In this document: positions 1-13,340 of the stretch, in pieces
How positions within the stretch are numbered: the first letter of the stretch is position 1
How the letters are laid out: each line of letters begins with the position of its first letter
From: Balanoglossus misakiensis
Lineage: Eukaryota > Animalia > Hemichordata
Length of the DNA stretch: 64,000 bases
Direction of reading: 5' to 3'
Assembly (NCBI GenBank): GCA_040954595.2
Contig: CM082582.2
Span: 7,442,063 to 7,506,062 of the forward strand
Made by a program: the position numbers and the translations under genes
Notes under the pieces: generated by a model
Database searches by the model: none
Told to the model about the DNA's origin: nothing
Seen by the model: only the letters and a program-made list of their open reading frames with translations

Positions 1-70
1 AAATTTAGTATGACTCATTGAAGAATTTCAAGCGGCGTAATATTCACATTTTTCTCTCATTTCTTTACAG

Positions 71-2460
71 ATATTTACCATTGCCTCATTAGTATGCGTC
101 ACCACCACGAATTATGCCGGCCTAAATTACTTATCCCTGCCGCTTTCCGGTAGATCCAGATTCTTTGTATTTACATCAGTTGTATCACTATTGGCAACCA
201 CGGCTGTCGTGTTCTTTCATTCCACTGGTCTGTCGAGGAAAATGCCCATCAACTGGCATCTTTTTGTAAGTACAAACAACATTTATACCTAACACATGTA
301 CAACTGTGGTCTTATTGCTAACTTAAAAACTATAAAACAGTATTTTGTAGTACTATAGATGGTTTCCCCATTTTTTTGAGCAGATAAGGTAGGTGTATCT
401 CAGGTAATTTCCACTTCAGCTACCCCCCCCCCCCCTCCCCTTCTGTGAAACGGAAGGAAAAAAAGCAGCTCATACGGTTGATTGGAACTGAGGTTGACGT
501 CTGTTCTAATTTGATAACAAAACACATTAGCCCGATTACAGATTAAAAGGGGTCTTTAGAGTGAAAATTAGCGCCATTACAGCTGGAGTGGTCTGCGAAC
601 AGGGTTACTGGTTGCCGGCTGACTGAATGCCATTGGACTGTCTGCAGATAACATCTTAATATGTTATCTACTGAGATAGCCAAACGTCTCCAGCGAAATC
701 TCAAGATTGAAAATAACCATTTGAGAGTGTAAATTGAACTATCTCAAAATTAGACCACTGCAGCATCATGATGCTACGCACAATTAAATAAAACACAAGA
801 GAACTGTGATGCGCTGTTGTCCTGGCAACCAGGCAGTAGACATCGCCATTGCGTCTGATATGCCTTCTGATTTGTACGTTCGTTCAGCAATCCCGGTTTT
901 CCAATTCCCCGTAGAACTTTATTTTTTCCAAAAAAAATAAAAAAGCGAATCCACCAAAATGCCCAGTGGGCCCATTACCCAGCGATGGAAGTCTGTATTT
1001 GACTCCGCGGAGGCAAATCAATGCAAGACTCACTGACAAGACTCCAGCTGTCACTTGACCTGCCAGATAAGAAGAGCAGTTGAGTTTCACGTTCGGATCA
1101 GACAGACTCCATTTGTCTGGTGTCTCCATGATTCCTGATAAAGATTGCACCGCAGGGGAGCCATCTTGTTTTGATGGTTGTGCATAGGTGATATGACACC
1201 TACTAACCGCTGTTTCTGTAATATCATCATCGATCAAAAATACTTGCATCTGAAATTTAGAAGCTGCACAAACTCATGCAAAATAGCGAGATGCATTTTA
1301 GATGTAATGTACAATAAATATACATAAGGACACTTTTCTGCTACTAATAACTTGTGTCGAATGCCTTGATCATGATTGATAGTTTGAAACTGTCATGTTG
1401 AATTATTATAAGTCTAGATCTCTCCCTGTTTTGTTTTTTTTGCAGGATTTTATCCTCTGTGTTTTCCTGTCCTTCCTGTATCTAGTTGCGTCTTCGTTGA
1501 TTGGCTCAGCCTGTGTCATCTACCAGAACAGGTACTCTGATTGGACATCCGTTCAACTCCCCACTGGAGTAGTAAGTACAACCAACATACAAATCTGTAG
1601 AGATATATGCACTGATCAAAAAAGCCCTTGTCTCGCCACTTGCGATGAAAAATTCATGAACATTATACAACTGCCACTTCTGTTCTTCACAGTTGATATA
1701 TTGCTTTGGGCAGGAGCATATTATAGAATTTTCTCAGAGGATTACTGACTTTCCTGAAAGTTCTATCCTAATATTTGTTGCAGGACACAAGTCTCGTGAT
1801 TTCTCTAATGGAGTTTATTTAAAAATAGAAATTTTCTTTTACCTGGTCACATTTTCTCTGTGAAATATTTTACTATTTTCACCAATTTTTCTCATATTTT
1901 CCCCTTAGTTTTAGACCTAATGGATATAACATGTTGTATTTTCCATTGGCTTCAGGTCTTAATCAAAATTTAAGCTATAATGTTTAAAAAGTTATGTGGA
2001 TTTATTTTTTTAAAGACGACAAAGGTGTCGTTCGAAAGATAAATCTATCCTTCCACCTATGACCCTGATCACTTAGGCTGATGGCACCACGCAAAACGAG
2101 CATGTCCCCAGATTATAGTGTGCCCTGACCCTGAAATGGTGATTATGTGTCTGGGGCACAAGTGGCTTGTATAAATATTACTGCATTATTCAAATAGATC
2201 ACACCCTGGGGACATCATATTGGAAGACATGTCAAGGCTAAATCTGTCAGTTCTCTGCCATGGCCAAGCTTGTACAGTCACTCTGAAAATTAAGGAGATA
2301 GTCTATTTTCATTTTACAGATCTTGGGATATGTGTGTTTGGTACTGTATGGTGTTGGCGCCATTTTAGCCTACAGGAAATGGAAGAGAGGCACTCAGTTC
2401 TTACATCGAAGGCTGGAATCGAGACAACAGGGCTGCACTTCTACAAATGTCCTGACCTGA
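71..2460 (+). CDS. MARVEL-domain four-TM membrane protein (CMTM/MAL/singles-bar-like), 3' part; 5' end lies outside the window
   Basis: Three phase-0 exons with canonical AG/GT ends: 71-265 (IFTIASLVCVTT...RFFVFTSVVSLLATTAVVFFH...PINWHLF), 1446-1571 (DFILCVFLSFLYLVASSLI...) and 2320-2460 (ILGYVCLVLYGVGAILAYRKWKR...stop). Four hydrophobic helices and the W..(F)D junction are typical of MARVEL domains. AATAAA at 3415-3420 is followed by GT-rich sequence. Confidence 0.75.
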
Positions 2461-3845
2461 ATATATAGAATTGGATTTTAATAGAATATAAGAAAGTTCT
2501 ATATTTTTAATTCAATGTACTTAAACGACGGACATATTAGATGTTATTGCTGTTCAATACCGTATGTTTAATACTGACATTCAAATCACAGTAGTGTTAC
2601 CATGGGTAGTTGATGTCATATGTTAATTCAGCCATTATTGGTTGCTCTGGAGACTACAGTGGAAATCTGGAGTGAGGTTTGGAATTCGGGTGAAAAATGT
2701 AGACTAGTGCGACACCACTGTGAACACAATTACGTCTGTTTGTCCTGTCCTGTTGCAGTGTCTCATAGTTTTGGAATAAAATTCAATATTTGGAGTCTTT
2801 GACAAGAGAGGACCTAGAATTCAGTTTGAATGCAACATCTGGTAATGTTCCAATGTGCTTTCACTACCAGCTTGTCATAATGATTATTTCTAGTGAAATC
2901 ACGGCCTCTGCAGGTGCTCAGTGTCTTTCTAGTGCCGACCGACAAAATGTGCTTATTTTTGCTTGTAAATTATTCAAGTTGGCTACTCCATAGAATGCAG
3001 TGGTTGAAAATTCACTACCACTCTGTTTAAATTTTATCCAACTAGAAAATACACACTTCAAAACTACAAATGTTCTTCGCTTTATTCTTCACTGCAGTAT
3101 TTTCACACAATGTGGCAGAGCTCAATATTTTTCGTCTGTGTGTGTAAATTTTGCCTCAGCGCCAAGAGATGTCGATTCTCATCTCTTATTTTAATGAGTG
3201 CTTTTTGTCAAATTCTTGGCATCTGTTGTCTATTTGCAGCTACTTATAGATGGTGTGTTGTGCCATTTAATATTGTACATCTGAAATATTTATGTTCCTG
3301 TATAAATTGTTTATTTATTGACGTATTTGTCACTGTAATTTATTTCAAGTGTTTTTTTTTTACACCAGAAAGTATATTTTGTGCAATATCATGTTTGTAA
3401 ATGTTTTATGTAACAATAAATGGACTTGGTGTAAGTGTAAGATTGTGTGTTTTTCTTGTCTGTGTGGGTATTATTGTAAATGATGATCAATATTTAAATA
3501 GAGGGGAACAAATCAGTTTTGGAAATCGTCAAATTATAGAGTTCTTTTGACTAACATCAATTCGATGCAACCTGGTATTTTGGTGAAAGGTGACAAAAGT
3601 AGACTAGGGATACAAAGTGGAAACGAAGTGACTATAGAGTTGGAAGACTGTTACATATAAAATTCTTTATTTCATATGAAGATTTCAATCATTCTGTTAA
3701 GAAGATAGCGATGTTCTTCACCAAAAGACCAAAAATTCACTGTCAGAGTTCTCAGAGTGCACAAACACAATTTCATCTTGAACTTGGACAAATCCTGCTC
3801 CGTATATCATCACCAAGATGGCAACACTGACTACAGCACACAACA

Positions 3846-4253
3846 CTACCAGAAGTCTTGATCCGTGACGTATTTCCGCTGATAAGGGTCTTGGTTGTCC
3901 ACTTTCAAGCTTCTCTGCTTGTGTCTCGGCTTGCTGCGGCAGTAGATGTACCAGCGCCCCCGCCGCTTCACAAAGTAGCAGTCCTTGCAGCGTCGCCTGA
4001 GAACCACTTTCGATTTGAAAGTGTTGACGTGTTGTACGACTGCCGGCAGGACTGGCAGGAGACTCGTGTGCGTGTGCCCGACGCAGTGTGGTGGTATACA
4101 GTGTTGCTGTGGTAAGTCCTGTCTTCTGTGACTGAAGACACTGTAGGAGGATCGCAGTGCCGTGCTGGCGGTGGTGGTGGGGTTCCAAGAAGATGTGAGC
4201 CCTCTGGTGGCCACTGTTAGCAGACCCCTACACTTTCCAAGCAGGGAGTTCAT
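3846..4253 (-). CDS. MRPL36: Mitochondrial ribosomal protein bL36m
   Basis: Single coding exon. An N-terminal Ser/Thr/Arg-rich presequence precedes [36 protein letters not shown], the L36 CxxC...C...H zinc ribbon. Probable 5'UTR intron (donor near 4705, acceptor 4297-4298). Minus-strand AATAAA at 3666-3671. Confidence 0.95.
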   Translation of the reverse strand: MNSLLGKCRGLLTVATRGLTSSWNPTTTASTALRSSYSVFSHRRQDLPQQHCIPPHCVGHTHTSLLPVLPAVVQHVNTFKSKVVLRRRCKDCYFVKRRGRWYIYCRSKPRHKQRSLKVDNQDPYQRKYVTDQDFW

Positions 4254-5051
4254 GTCTTCCCTTTGTACACTACCTTTTCCAATTGTACTGAATTTGCTGT
4301 TCAAAAAAAATAATTAAAGATGGGTAATTGGTATCACATCACGGCTAAGCCATAGCGTGTGAATTTAGAAGATACCTTGCAGTTCATGATGTGTGTGGTT
4401 ATCATATGCCTAGCTCATCCTTTTTCTTCCACAAGTAATTTCAGAATTATGAATTGACGTACTGTATTGCACAATTGGCATACCATATATGAACATTGCA
4501 TCTTCCTGTTTGCTGAAATGGTTCCACTCCACCCACCCCATTCCAGACAAGAGCAACCAACTGAATGATATGCATAGTTTGTGTACCATCCTATGCCATA
4601 TCATTGTACACTGATATTAGCTGCCACTGGTTCTCAGATCAACCAGTGATCGCGAAGCCTCAACTGGAGATCAGTTTTGACATTAAGTTACTCATGAATA
4701 CTTACTGCCTAGTTACGAGAAGTATGATGTTTTCGGCTCTATGAAGATATGTCCGTCATTCACCGACCACTTGATCTGGTGGTTCCGTCGTCAGTAAGTT
4801 CGTTCACACACGCTCACCGACAATAGACCCTTTAACTCAATGCTAAACATCAAACTTTTTCGTTAGCACTTTACAGTGAACAATTAGTTCACGCGTTCTT
4901 CTTAAACGCTGCTTTGATTTCGGATATTATTGTATTAGCTTACCTAAATACTACATTTTTAATATAATTCCGATTATTTTAGAATCTGAACTCTCTAATC
5001 ATTAACGAGATAAAGGGTCCATAAGATATCCCAGTGGACCTTGCAACCATC
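4254..5051. promoter_or_regulatory. Probable bidirectional promoter and 5'UTRs shared by MRPL36 and NDUFS6
   Basis: Divergent start codons about 800 bp apart. The NDUFS6 ATG sits in a YY1-like CATGGCGGC context. Confidence 0.7.
4824..5021. mobile_element. Candidate MITE (about 198 bp) in the MRPL36/NDUFS6 promoter
   Basis: TAGACCCTTTAACTC (4824-4838) and GAGATAAAGGGTCCA (5007-5021) form a 13/15 inverted repeat around AT-rich non-coding DNA. Flanks are CAA and TAA, an imperfect possible target-site duplication. Confidence 0.4.
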
Positions 5052-6058
5052 ATGGCGGCGCTCAGGTTGTTGTCAAAACGGATTCCAACAATTTCCAGGC
5101 GAATTCAAAGTGTTGCAAGGCCCATCAGTACATGTAATGCCTGTTTTATTGAAGACAAGCAAGTAACACATACGGGCCAGGTAGGCATAGGCATTTTAAC
5201 CACGTAATGATCACAGTTTCGGATGTGTGTACAGTCGTTAGTGATGAGAGATCGTGCAAGGTCGTTTGACCTTGCAAGTTGTGGTCACCACATCACAACA
5301 GGTCCGTACGTAGGTGCTGGATAGTCTTTAAGCCGAGCGATCACGCATATCTAACACATTAAATACAGGATTGGTGACATTTACGCCTCACCTTGCTTTC
5401 TACAGGTGTTTGATGAAGGTGATTACAGAGTGGTCAGGTTTACCCAGGCACAGAAAGAGGTAATGTCTCTATGGATGGTCTGCTTTTACAGTAATCTATC
5501 GCACTAACAATGTGTTATTGTAGGCTACTTGTGAACTTATTGCATGGGCATATGAAACTACTTCTATTCATATGATTTCACAAAATAATAATAATTATTA
5601 TATCATCATTGCTGTAAGATGACAAATAAATCTTGTTTGTGATCATGATTAGTCAATTTAATTATTGTCCTTAATTAAATAACAGTTTATTCGCAATTCT
5701 GAGTTGTTTGCTTTCCTCTTTTACAGATCAACCCAAAGTTTGCAATAGATCTAATCGATGACATACCACCAAAAGTTATTGATGGTCGTCATGTGTGGTG
5801 TGATGGTGGAGGTGGTGCTCTAGGGCATCCAAAAGTCTACATTAATTTGGTAAGTGGTGTTTTGCATAAAGCACATGAGGCTAAAAACACAGCAGTGGTT
5901 TGGTTAAAAGGCAGTTGGCTTTGAAGGCAACATGCCTCTTTTACACCACTAACAGATTAATTAATTAAATTCTGTTTCAATTGTTTTTATTGCAGGATCC
6001 CGAAGGTCCCCACCCATGTGGATATTGTGGACTTCGTTTTATACAGAAAGCGCATTGA
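5052..6058 (+). CDS. NDUFS6: NADH dehydrogenase Fe-S protein 6 (complex I 13 kDa subunit)
   Basis: Exons 5052-5180, 5406-5459, 5727-5849 and 5996-6058 splice in frame: ...VTHTGQ|[12 protein letters not shown]...|[10 protein letters not shown]...[17 protein letters not shown]|[15 protein letters not shown] (zf-CHCC). AATAAA at 6474-6479. Not present in the ORF track because the exons are short. Confidence 0.97.
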
Positions 6059-7232
6059 GTGTACTTGGCTAGGCCTTTTGTTCTTTTGTTGATAAGTTGG
6101 AGTGAATGCTACCAGGTGTGATCTATGTATCTTTATATTTAAATTACTAAGGGGCATGTTAAGACAGTGTGTTGCTGAAATGATTACATGTAGACATACA
6201 GATTGTTATTCCCACACAAGCAAGTTAGCTGAAACAGCACCATTTGACGTAGAAAAACAAACAAACAAACAAAGAAATAAACGGAAACGTTCCATTCTTG
6301 TGAACAACCTGTCTGAAATACTGAAGTAGACGTACGTGTACTGTACTACTATTTTGTGTCTAGCTAATGATCAATGCATAAAGTATAATGATTTGCATTT
6401 ACTTTAGTACGCAAGTGTCAAAGAGTGGGTTTAGAATCTTTATGTATGTGCGCTTGTTTGCTATATTTCATTGAATAAAAACTGTTAATAGTTATAAATT
6501 ACATAATCTCTGTTCTGATTCTTTAAATATCGCCACCAACGGCGGGTATGACAAATAGTGCTCATATGACTTGTGCGGAAATTGTTGGAGAAATAGAAAT
6601 TACCCGAATAAAAAGCAAAAAGTCATTCGAAGAATTTTGCTCAGCTTATTAACTATGTTTGGGCGATTATTCTTGAGTTTTTCTTTCACTTTTACAATTT
6701 CATAAAATATTCTTAAAGTTACTCTCATAGTATTTCAACTTTAACCTCTTTGGGGGTTTCTCAAGCTTGGCTATAGGCTATCTTGTCATTTACAATTGTT
6801 TTGCTAAAATTTTCACTCTTGTATTTTGCTGTGCCATGTAAAAGCAGCTGAAATATTACTATAAGTAAAAGGTTTATTTGTGTCAGTGGCGCCCTTCACG
6901 GTAGCAATCAACAAGTGTCAAATAGTAGCAGAAAACTGGTAAATGCGATTAGTAATTCAATAATATGGAACGCAACCATTAATGTAGCAGTTATATTCAT
7001 TTAACAGTTATGATAATCAGTTAAATTGTGATCCATTTCGCGGATATTGACACATCAATATTCTTGTATAGACTTCTCTTCCCCTATGTTACCTTTTAAT
7101 TTGCATAACAAAAGACCGGTTGCCACATACCTAAACACAATTCACATTGCTCCTAGCGAAGTAGTTGTGTGTGTAGTGCAATATCCATGGCGAGTGTCCT
7201 TGTCACCGCTTAATCGGCCGATTTCTGGAGCC

Positions 7233-10200
7233 ATGAAGACAGCTATCATGGGCCCAGAGAGTGAGATCACGGGACAGACGCTTCTGACGGCGGTGTACAG
7301 TCAAAATTGGCCGGCGCCGGATCCTTCCAGGACGCCGTTGCGCGGATTTCAAGGGTACGTACTCAAAACCGTGTCTGTCAAGTTAGTGGAGTTTGTGTTT
7401 GGATTGTCGAGCGAGATATTGCCGATGATTTTTCAGATAAGGAATGTGTGTTGATCGTCCGTGGCTGATCGCTCTTGCAGGGACAGGAGACGCCAAAATG
7501 TGGCAAGGGTTGGAAGTGCCAAAAGTTTCCGAAGAGGCGGGCTGTTGTCGACGGAAGAGCGGGCCGAGTTGATGGCTTCTCGGCCGCAAACACCGAGTAT
7601 ACACAGCCATACTTTGGACAGGGTAAGTTGTCAATCAATCGATTGCATTGGATCTGCTGTAGATCTGATGCGTTGTCTTTTCCTTGACAAATCCAAATGC
7701 CAAAGCAGGCATCTTCACTTTGAAGGGAAACATTTCATATGGTTGAAGTGTGGGATAGTGATGTTATCAGTGATAACTTTAATCATGTTAATCCCAAAAC
7801 TTCATTTACTGCAAGTGTATTTCAAAGTTGGTGTTCTATTTTTCAGGATACGGTGAAGTGGAAATCGTGGTCGGCCAGCAATGACGACCAGGGCACTTAT
7901 ACAGGTCAGTAACTGGACCGTATCCACACGTTCCGTTGCCCACTTTTGACTCGATATAACATTACGAGAAAGAAAAGAAGGCTGTCATGTCGTCAAAACA
8001 GAGTATCGAACGAGGGAAACCCTATCTGAAATCTATGCCGCCAATCAACAAACCAAAACTGTTAATACCACAAACATAAGTTTCAAGTGCCAGATAAAAA
8101 AAATCAGTCGCCCCTATAAAACGTGTGAGTGTGTGTGTCCATAGCACTTATAAATATATTCATTTGTTATCGTTCTTTTTTTTCATCTTCAGATCTATCG
8201 CTGTATAAAATCACACAGGTAAGCCTTATTATTATATAATACCCCATTTAGAGACTGCAGATAGTTAAGTGTTTTCCAATTGATTTCTGCAAAGCAAACA
8301 GCTTCTGTTCAGGGTTTATTTGCCGATGACGGCAATACTTGGGAATCCCATTGAAGTGGTGCAGACTAGAAACACTAGTATCAACCCGAAAGTCAACCTC
8401 CACAAACACGTCAAAGCAAAATTCTTTTACCAGTTGACGTTTCTTAAAGCAGTGGCACTTTGGCGCGACTCCAGACAAGTGTAATTATTATGAGCCTAAT
8501 TTACTTGTTATAGGGGGTAATATCGGACGTGAACAAAACGAGTGACCGCAGATGATAAAAAAATACACACATTGATTTTGTTATGCAGCACGTAATATAA
8601 AAGACTTGAATTGAATTTTTTTGTGTGTAAAAAATGAACGGTCCAGACCAAAGGAAATTAATGATGCCACTGCGGTTATATACCTAAAGGCCAGTAGTTT
8701 CTTGTGCCTGTGTACAGTGTGTGTGTGTGCACTTGCGTCAAACTAAGCTCAAATGCCACATTGTTAGGACGGACAATACTTATTCACCGGTGATAAAGCC
8801 ATCTGATGGCATTGACAAAGTTCCCCCTTCAAGGTGGATGGTATCGGTTGCATCTAAGATGCTTAAATGCTAAACCCGGATAAGACAGGTTACGAAAACC
8901 CTGTCCGGCCTGTTCAGGTGTTGCACTTCTTAGACATGCGAGACATCGCTTGTAGCTTGCCTGGAAGTACTTCAGAAAAATTAAAACAAATTGTTTTGTG
9001 TTTTTATTGGAGCTATAAATATCTCTAGGAGAACATGAAACTGCACTTTAGTATTCACGAAGTAATTTGAAAACACTCCGCTGCAGTTTAGAGAAAATTT
9101 CTCACAGGATTGTTCCTAGTAACACTCTTTTTTCTTCTATACAGGACACGTTTAGAAAACTGACCAATCAGGTGAAAGATGTCAACCACATGATGACCAA
9201 CAAATTCCGACATGCTGGTTTTAAGGTTAGTGTGAAAAAAACATGAATGCTTATTCAAATTGTTGTCACAAACATCAAAGATGTGAATATATATCTTTTT
9301 TACCGAAGTTTGGCATTTTCTCCATAAAAAATACTAATCAGTCAGTGTAGAAGTTGTGTGTGAATGGGTTCTCGTTTGTTCTAATAAAGATCAGTAACAC
9401 TAAAATGACTTCAGTTGAGGCATGCGTGGCAAATTTCCAAATATCAGTAATCACAGCATCTGGGGTATGCGGGATATTACTGTGTGAGAGGAGAGAGGTT
9501 TAATCAACTCCAGATTATTAAATGTCTACAAAGTGCTGCGTTGACAGCTCTGCAATGAACTGAAATGTTTGTCGATCGCAAGATTTGTTGGAAATTGAGG
9601 AATTCGTGTACAGGTGGGGATAGTACGGTTGTATCTACCGACAGATGCACAAATTTAAGCCACAGTAGAGCAGGAAAAAAAAAACATGTTTGTGGAATAA
9701 TGATTCTTCATCTAAATGTGAGTAATTCTCATTTCTGACTTGTTTCTACAGAAATACTATGTTACAAAGGACAAGGTTTCTCCAGCTGTTCATCCCACTC
9801 AGCTGGCCTCCAGTTTGCGGTCCACACGCCCGTCGTACGAACGCTATCAAGCGCCCGACAACATCGAAGAGGTGGCCGTCCAATCAAGACCAGTTAGCCG
9901 GACAGAAAGGTGTGGTGTCTTGATTATTTAGAACTTAAAGAAATCATGCTGTTTTTTTTCAACTATAACATTTTTTCTGTCAACTTCCTTTCAGAGTGTT
10001 CTTTTTGTTGAAGTTTAACCTATACAATCAATTGATCACACAATATGACTGAATCAATTTCCCAGACTCTGTACGGTGTTATTGAGACAACTTGTGGAAA
10101 CATTTTAATAGCACATTACAATTGGCTGTTCACTGCCACCTTTTGTGTTGAGGTTATCTTTTACAGAGATGAGATAAGAAAATCAATATGAATGGTTTTT

Positions 10201-13200
10201 GTTACTATACCTCATCGTAACCTTTGCACCCTGACCCCTTGACCCTATAATGTCATTTGGAAGTTTTCTTCCAAGTTGGGGTTCAAAGGGTTAAACGAAG
10301 AGATTCAAAGTTCAGTTGATATGATTTATATGGTGGCTTTAACCACAACGTGAAGGAAAAATCGGTTTACAATGTTTTGTGTTGAGTGCGACCTCTGCAC
10401 TCTGTGGTTTTCTTTGGAGGTTCCCACCCATAAAATTTGGAGTTTATTTTCTCGACAAAGGATACAATGACTTGAAGCCGAGACTGTGCGTGGCTAGGCA
10501 CGATAACAGCCACGCAAGACACCTGTAAGGGTCAGATCCATTTGTGAGCGCGGTTTGGATGCATAGAAGCCGTCCCAAAGCAATCAATATCAAAACTTTG
10601 GTTTGACAATACAGCACAGTGGAACGTTTAACACTCATTTGATCAGTGCCAACCAGGAGCAGTTGGGCTGTGTTGAATATAAAAATGGGCTTGGTTCATT
10701 TCTACGGGATCATAATAGATTTTTATTCAGACGTCACATGGTGTCATCAACACTGAAGTGTAAATAAAGACAAAATATGGCATGTTCGAGCAGCAACCGT
10801 GGCAACAGTTGATATGTAAATTTTCTGAGAAATGAAAGAAGCATTTGTTTGTGTGTGTGGTGCGCGCTTTTAACTTCAGGTTCAATGGCTGTGTCCCACA
10901 CCTAACTTTTATTCAACAAGTCCAACGAAGTCACATTATGCCTTCACACACGCATGTGCAACAAACCCGTTTGATAACCAAACAAAGATACGGTACCCTG
11001 CCACTTGCTGACTTCATGCAAAATCTTGGCAACTGCGCCTTGAATCATCTGAAAGGATTATGGGATAAGACTCCGGCTTTGCTCTGACTCTGATCGCATG
11101 TGCACCACACATTCTGTTTGCAACTTTATAGCTTCTAAATCATGTTTTGTCAGTTTCTATGGTTACTGCACAGTTTGTTATATGTTTTGGTGTTTTGGGT
11201 AATCCATGTCTCGCTTCTACAAAATTGCTGTAATTTTCTTCCCATCCGGACAGGGCAAAAGTGATCAATTTCACCAGTACAGCTTAGAAGCCATCACCAT
11301 AATTCAATCAGTGGGATAGTGTCTTTTAATTAAATACGAGCGAGGTCGAAAAGTCAAGCTGTTCTCCATATGCGCCGTGTAAAAAAATATCAGTGAAATA
11401 TTCTCTGTATGCTTGGCTGTTTGCTCAGTAGCAAAAAATCAATTGGCTCCGGATGGATTAAGGCTGGATTTACTCTGGTTTCCATGGCGACGCTAAAACA
11501 AACCCAGACAAAGGAGCAGTGTGGGGTAATACCGGAATGGCTTTCAAGCACCCACGAGAAGCCTTAATTATTACAGTCATTTACAGTTTCAGCAAATATT
11601 CACGTTGAGTGGTACTCATAACTTTGAAAATTATGAGTCGTACATTATCCCATAAAACAGTTACTTGTCACTTTTGACATTTCCTGGCCCTAAAAAATTC
11701 ACTGTGCTTTGGTCAATAAAACTTGAATTATCGTATTTTGTAGGTAAATGAAAAGTGCTGCTGAGCACGTAAATTTTACAGCATTCCATTTATGAACAGA
11801 AAACAGCAAAATATGATTAACAACTAGCCAAATTCATAGTTTAGGTAAATCTTGACTTACTGAATGCTAATTGCTGTTGAGTTTCTTCAGTTAAAGCAGT
11901 AGCAAGATCAGTTAATGAATTTATTTGAACACAGGTACTCAAGGCTGTTTGACTATGTTAATGCTTGTTTGTAATTGTGTAGGGTAGGTGCTCATAGTCA
12001 CCATTAAAATACTGTCTCACTTGAGTCTGTTTGTTTCTTTATCCCCCAGGTCCAGACAACTGTCCCCCAGGCCTGCATCCTCGTTGCCAAGGCGACCGCA
12101 CTCAACAATGTCTCATTACAGCAATGGGTCGGTCTCATCGGGGAATGACTACGACAGCCTGACGCCTGAAATTGTGCGCCAGCTAGGGGACCTCAACAAG
12201 TCGACGCCCTTCTACGATGTGCCAGAGGGACCCTTCAGGACGGTGAAATGTGGCAACTGGTCGGATTCGGAGGAGGACGACAAGAGTGATGAAGGAGAAA
12301 AGAAGGACGATGATGCAGAGGAGGAGGTGAAAGAAAGTGATGATGAAAGGGAAGACGAGAAGGAAATCCGACACAAGGAGTTCGTTATTCCATCAGATTT
12401 AGAAGATTATTATGATGATGATGTGTTCTTCAACGAATCTAACGTGGAGGAACCGGAGCAGGATTACGCCGAACCGCTGACGGAACCGTTTTGCGACATG
12501 GACCTCTTGTACCTGGCGTGCCTGGAGGAGGACTGGAAGGAAGTGCTGGAGAAGAAACCGGAAGGCGAGGAAGAGACGTACATGGAGCGGCTGGTGGAGC
12601 TGGAGAGACTGCAGTGGGGGACCGTCAACTGGGAATACGACAAGCTGAGAAACGTCGGGAAGCGGTCGCAAAAGCAGAAGAACGGCGGCAGCGATCGGGC
12701 GCAGAGCGCGGGACCCGGCGGCACCAGGCCCAAGTCGTCGCGGAACTGCGCGGACGACTGCATGCAGGTGGCGTGCGCCGGGGACTGCCCGTCGAAGCGG
12801 CGCGTCACCTCGGCCAAGGGCTGCTACCACTGCAAGAAGCGGACCTGCAACGGCAGCTGCACCGAGTACGGTTACCAGCACTTCGTGCGGTCGCCGAGAA
12901 CCGACAGCGACAACGACGAGCCCCCGAAGAGCCGGCCCAAGTCGTGCAACAGCTGCACGCGCAGGTCGAACCGAGCCAACACGATCAACAGCAACAACAC
13001 GATTCTCGGCCGCCCAAGGTCCCTCTACGCCACGTACAGCGCGTCGGAGATGTACACTGCGGACCCCAAACCCATCTCGGGCGCCATCCACTCACCCCAA
13101 CAGGTAGTAATTACGCCCACTTCTGCGAGACCCTCCACCCCGCACTCGAACAAATCCTCCTCTCGCCCGTCCACGGGCAAGGCGCCCAAACAGAAGGGTC

Positions 13201-13340
13201 GGGACTCCGTCAACATCGGCAAGAGCTTTACCTCTCAGAGAAAGAACTCCATAACAAAGCCGAATGACATAAACATAGTCGGCGCAAATTCAAGAGTCAA
13301 ATCTGGCAGAAAACGAAGGCCACGGACAGCCAAGAAATGA
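7233..13340 (+). CDS. FAM217-like protein with acidic tract, Cys-rich module and basic C-terminus
   Basis: Phase-compatible exons 7233-7354, 7481-7622, 7847-7904, 8193-8218 (26-nt microexon), 9145-9225, 9752-9909 and 12050-13340. The last exon has YAEPLTEPFCDMDLLYLA...ETYMERLVELERLQWGTVNWE, matching my recollection of the FAM217 core (YPDFLPPPF..DL..MA...YIDRLIQLEWLQVQTVQCE). Gene structure is well supported; the family call is from memory. Confidence 0.7.

Noticed and set aside
884-1249. 121-aa minus-strand ORF in the MARVEL intron
   Set aside because: No motifs, no coding-like bias, no supporting exons.
3718-4188. 156-aa alternative frame overlapping MRPL36
   Set aside because: TTG start, no domain, lies in the shadow of the real CDS.
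10457-10465. U12-type donor GTATCCTTT on the minus strand
   Set aside because: Antisense within an intron, no matching U12 branch point seen, and a 9-mer can arise by chance in this much sequence.
12183-13267. Long alternative-frame and antisense ORFs (230, 258 and 117 aa) over the FAM217-like last exon
   Set aside because: Expected shadows of a GC3-rich exon; no recognisable motifs or independent splice structure.
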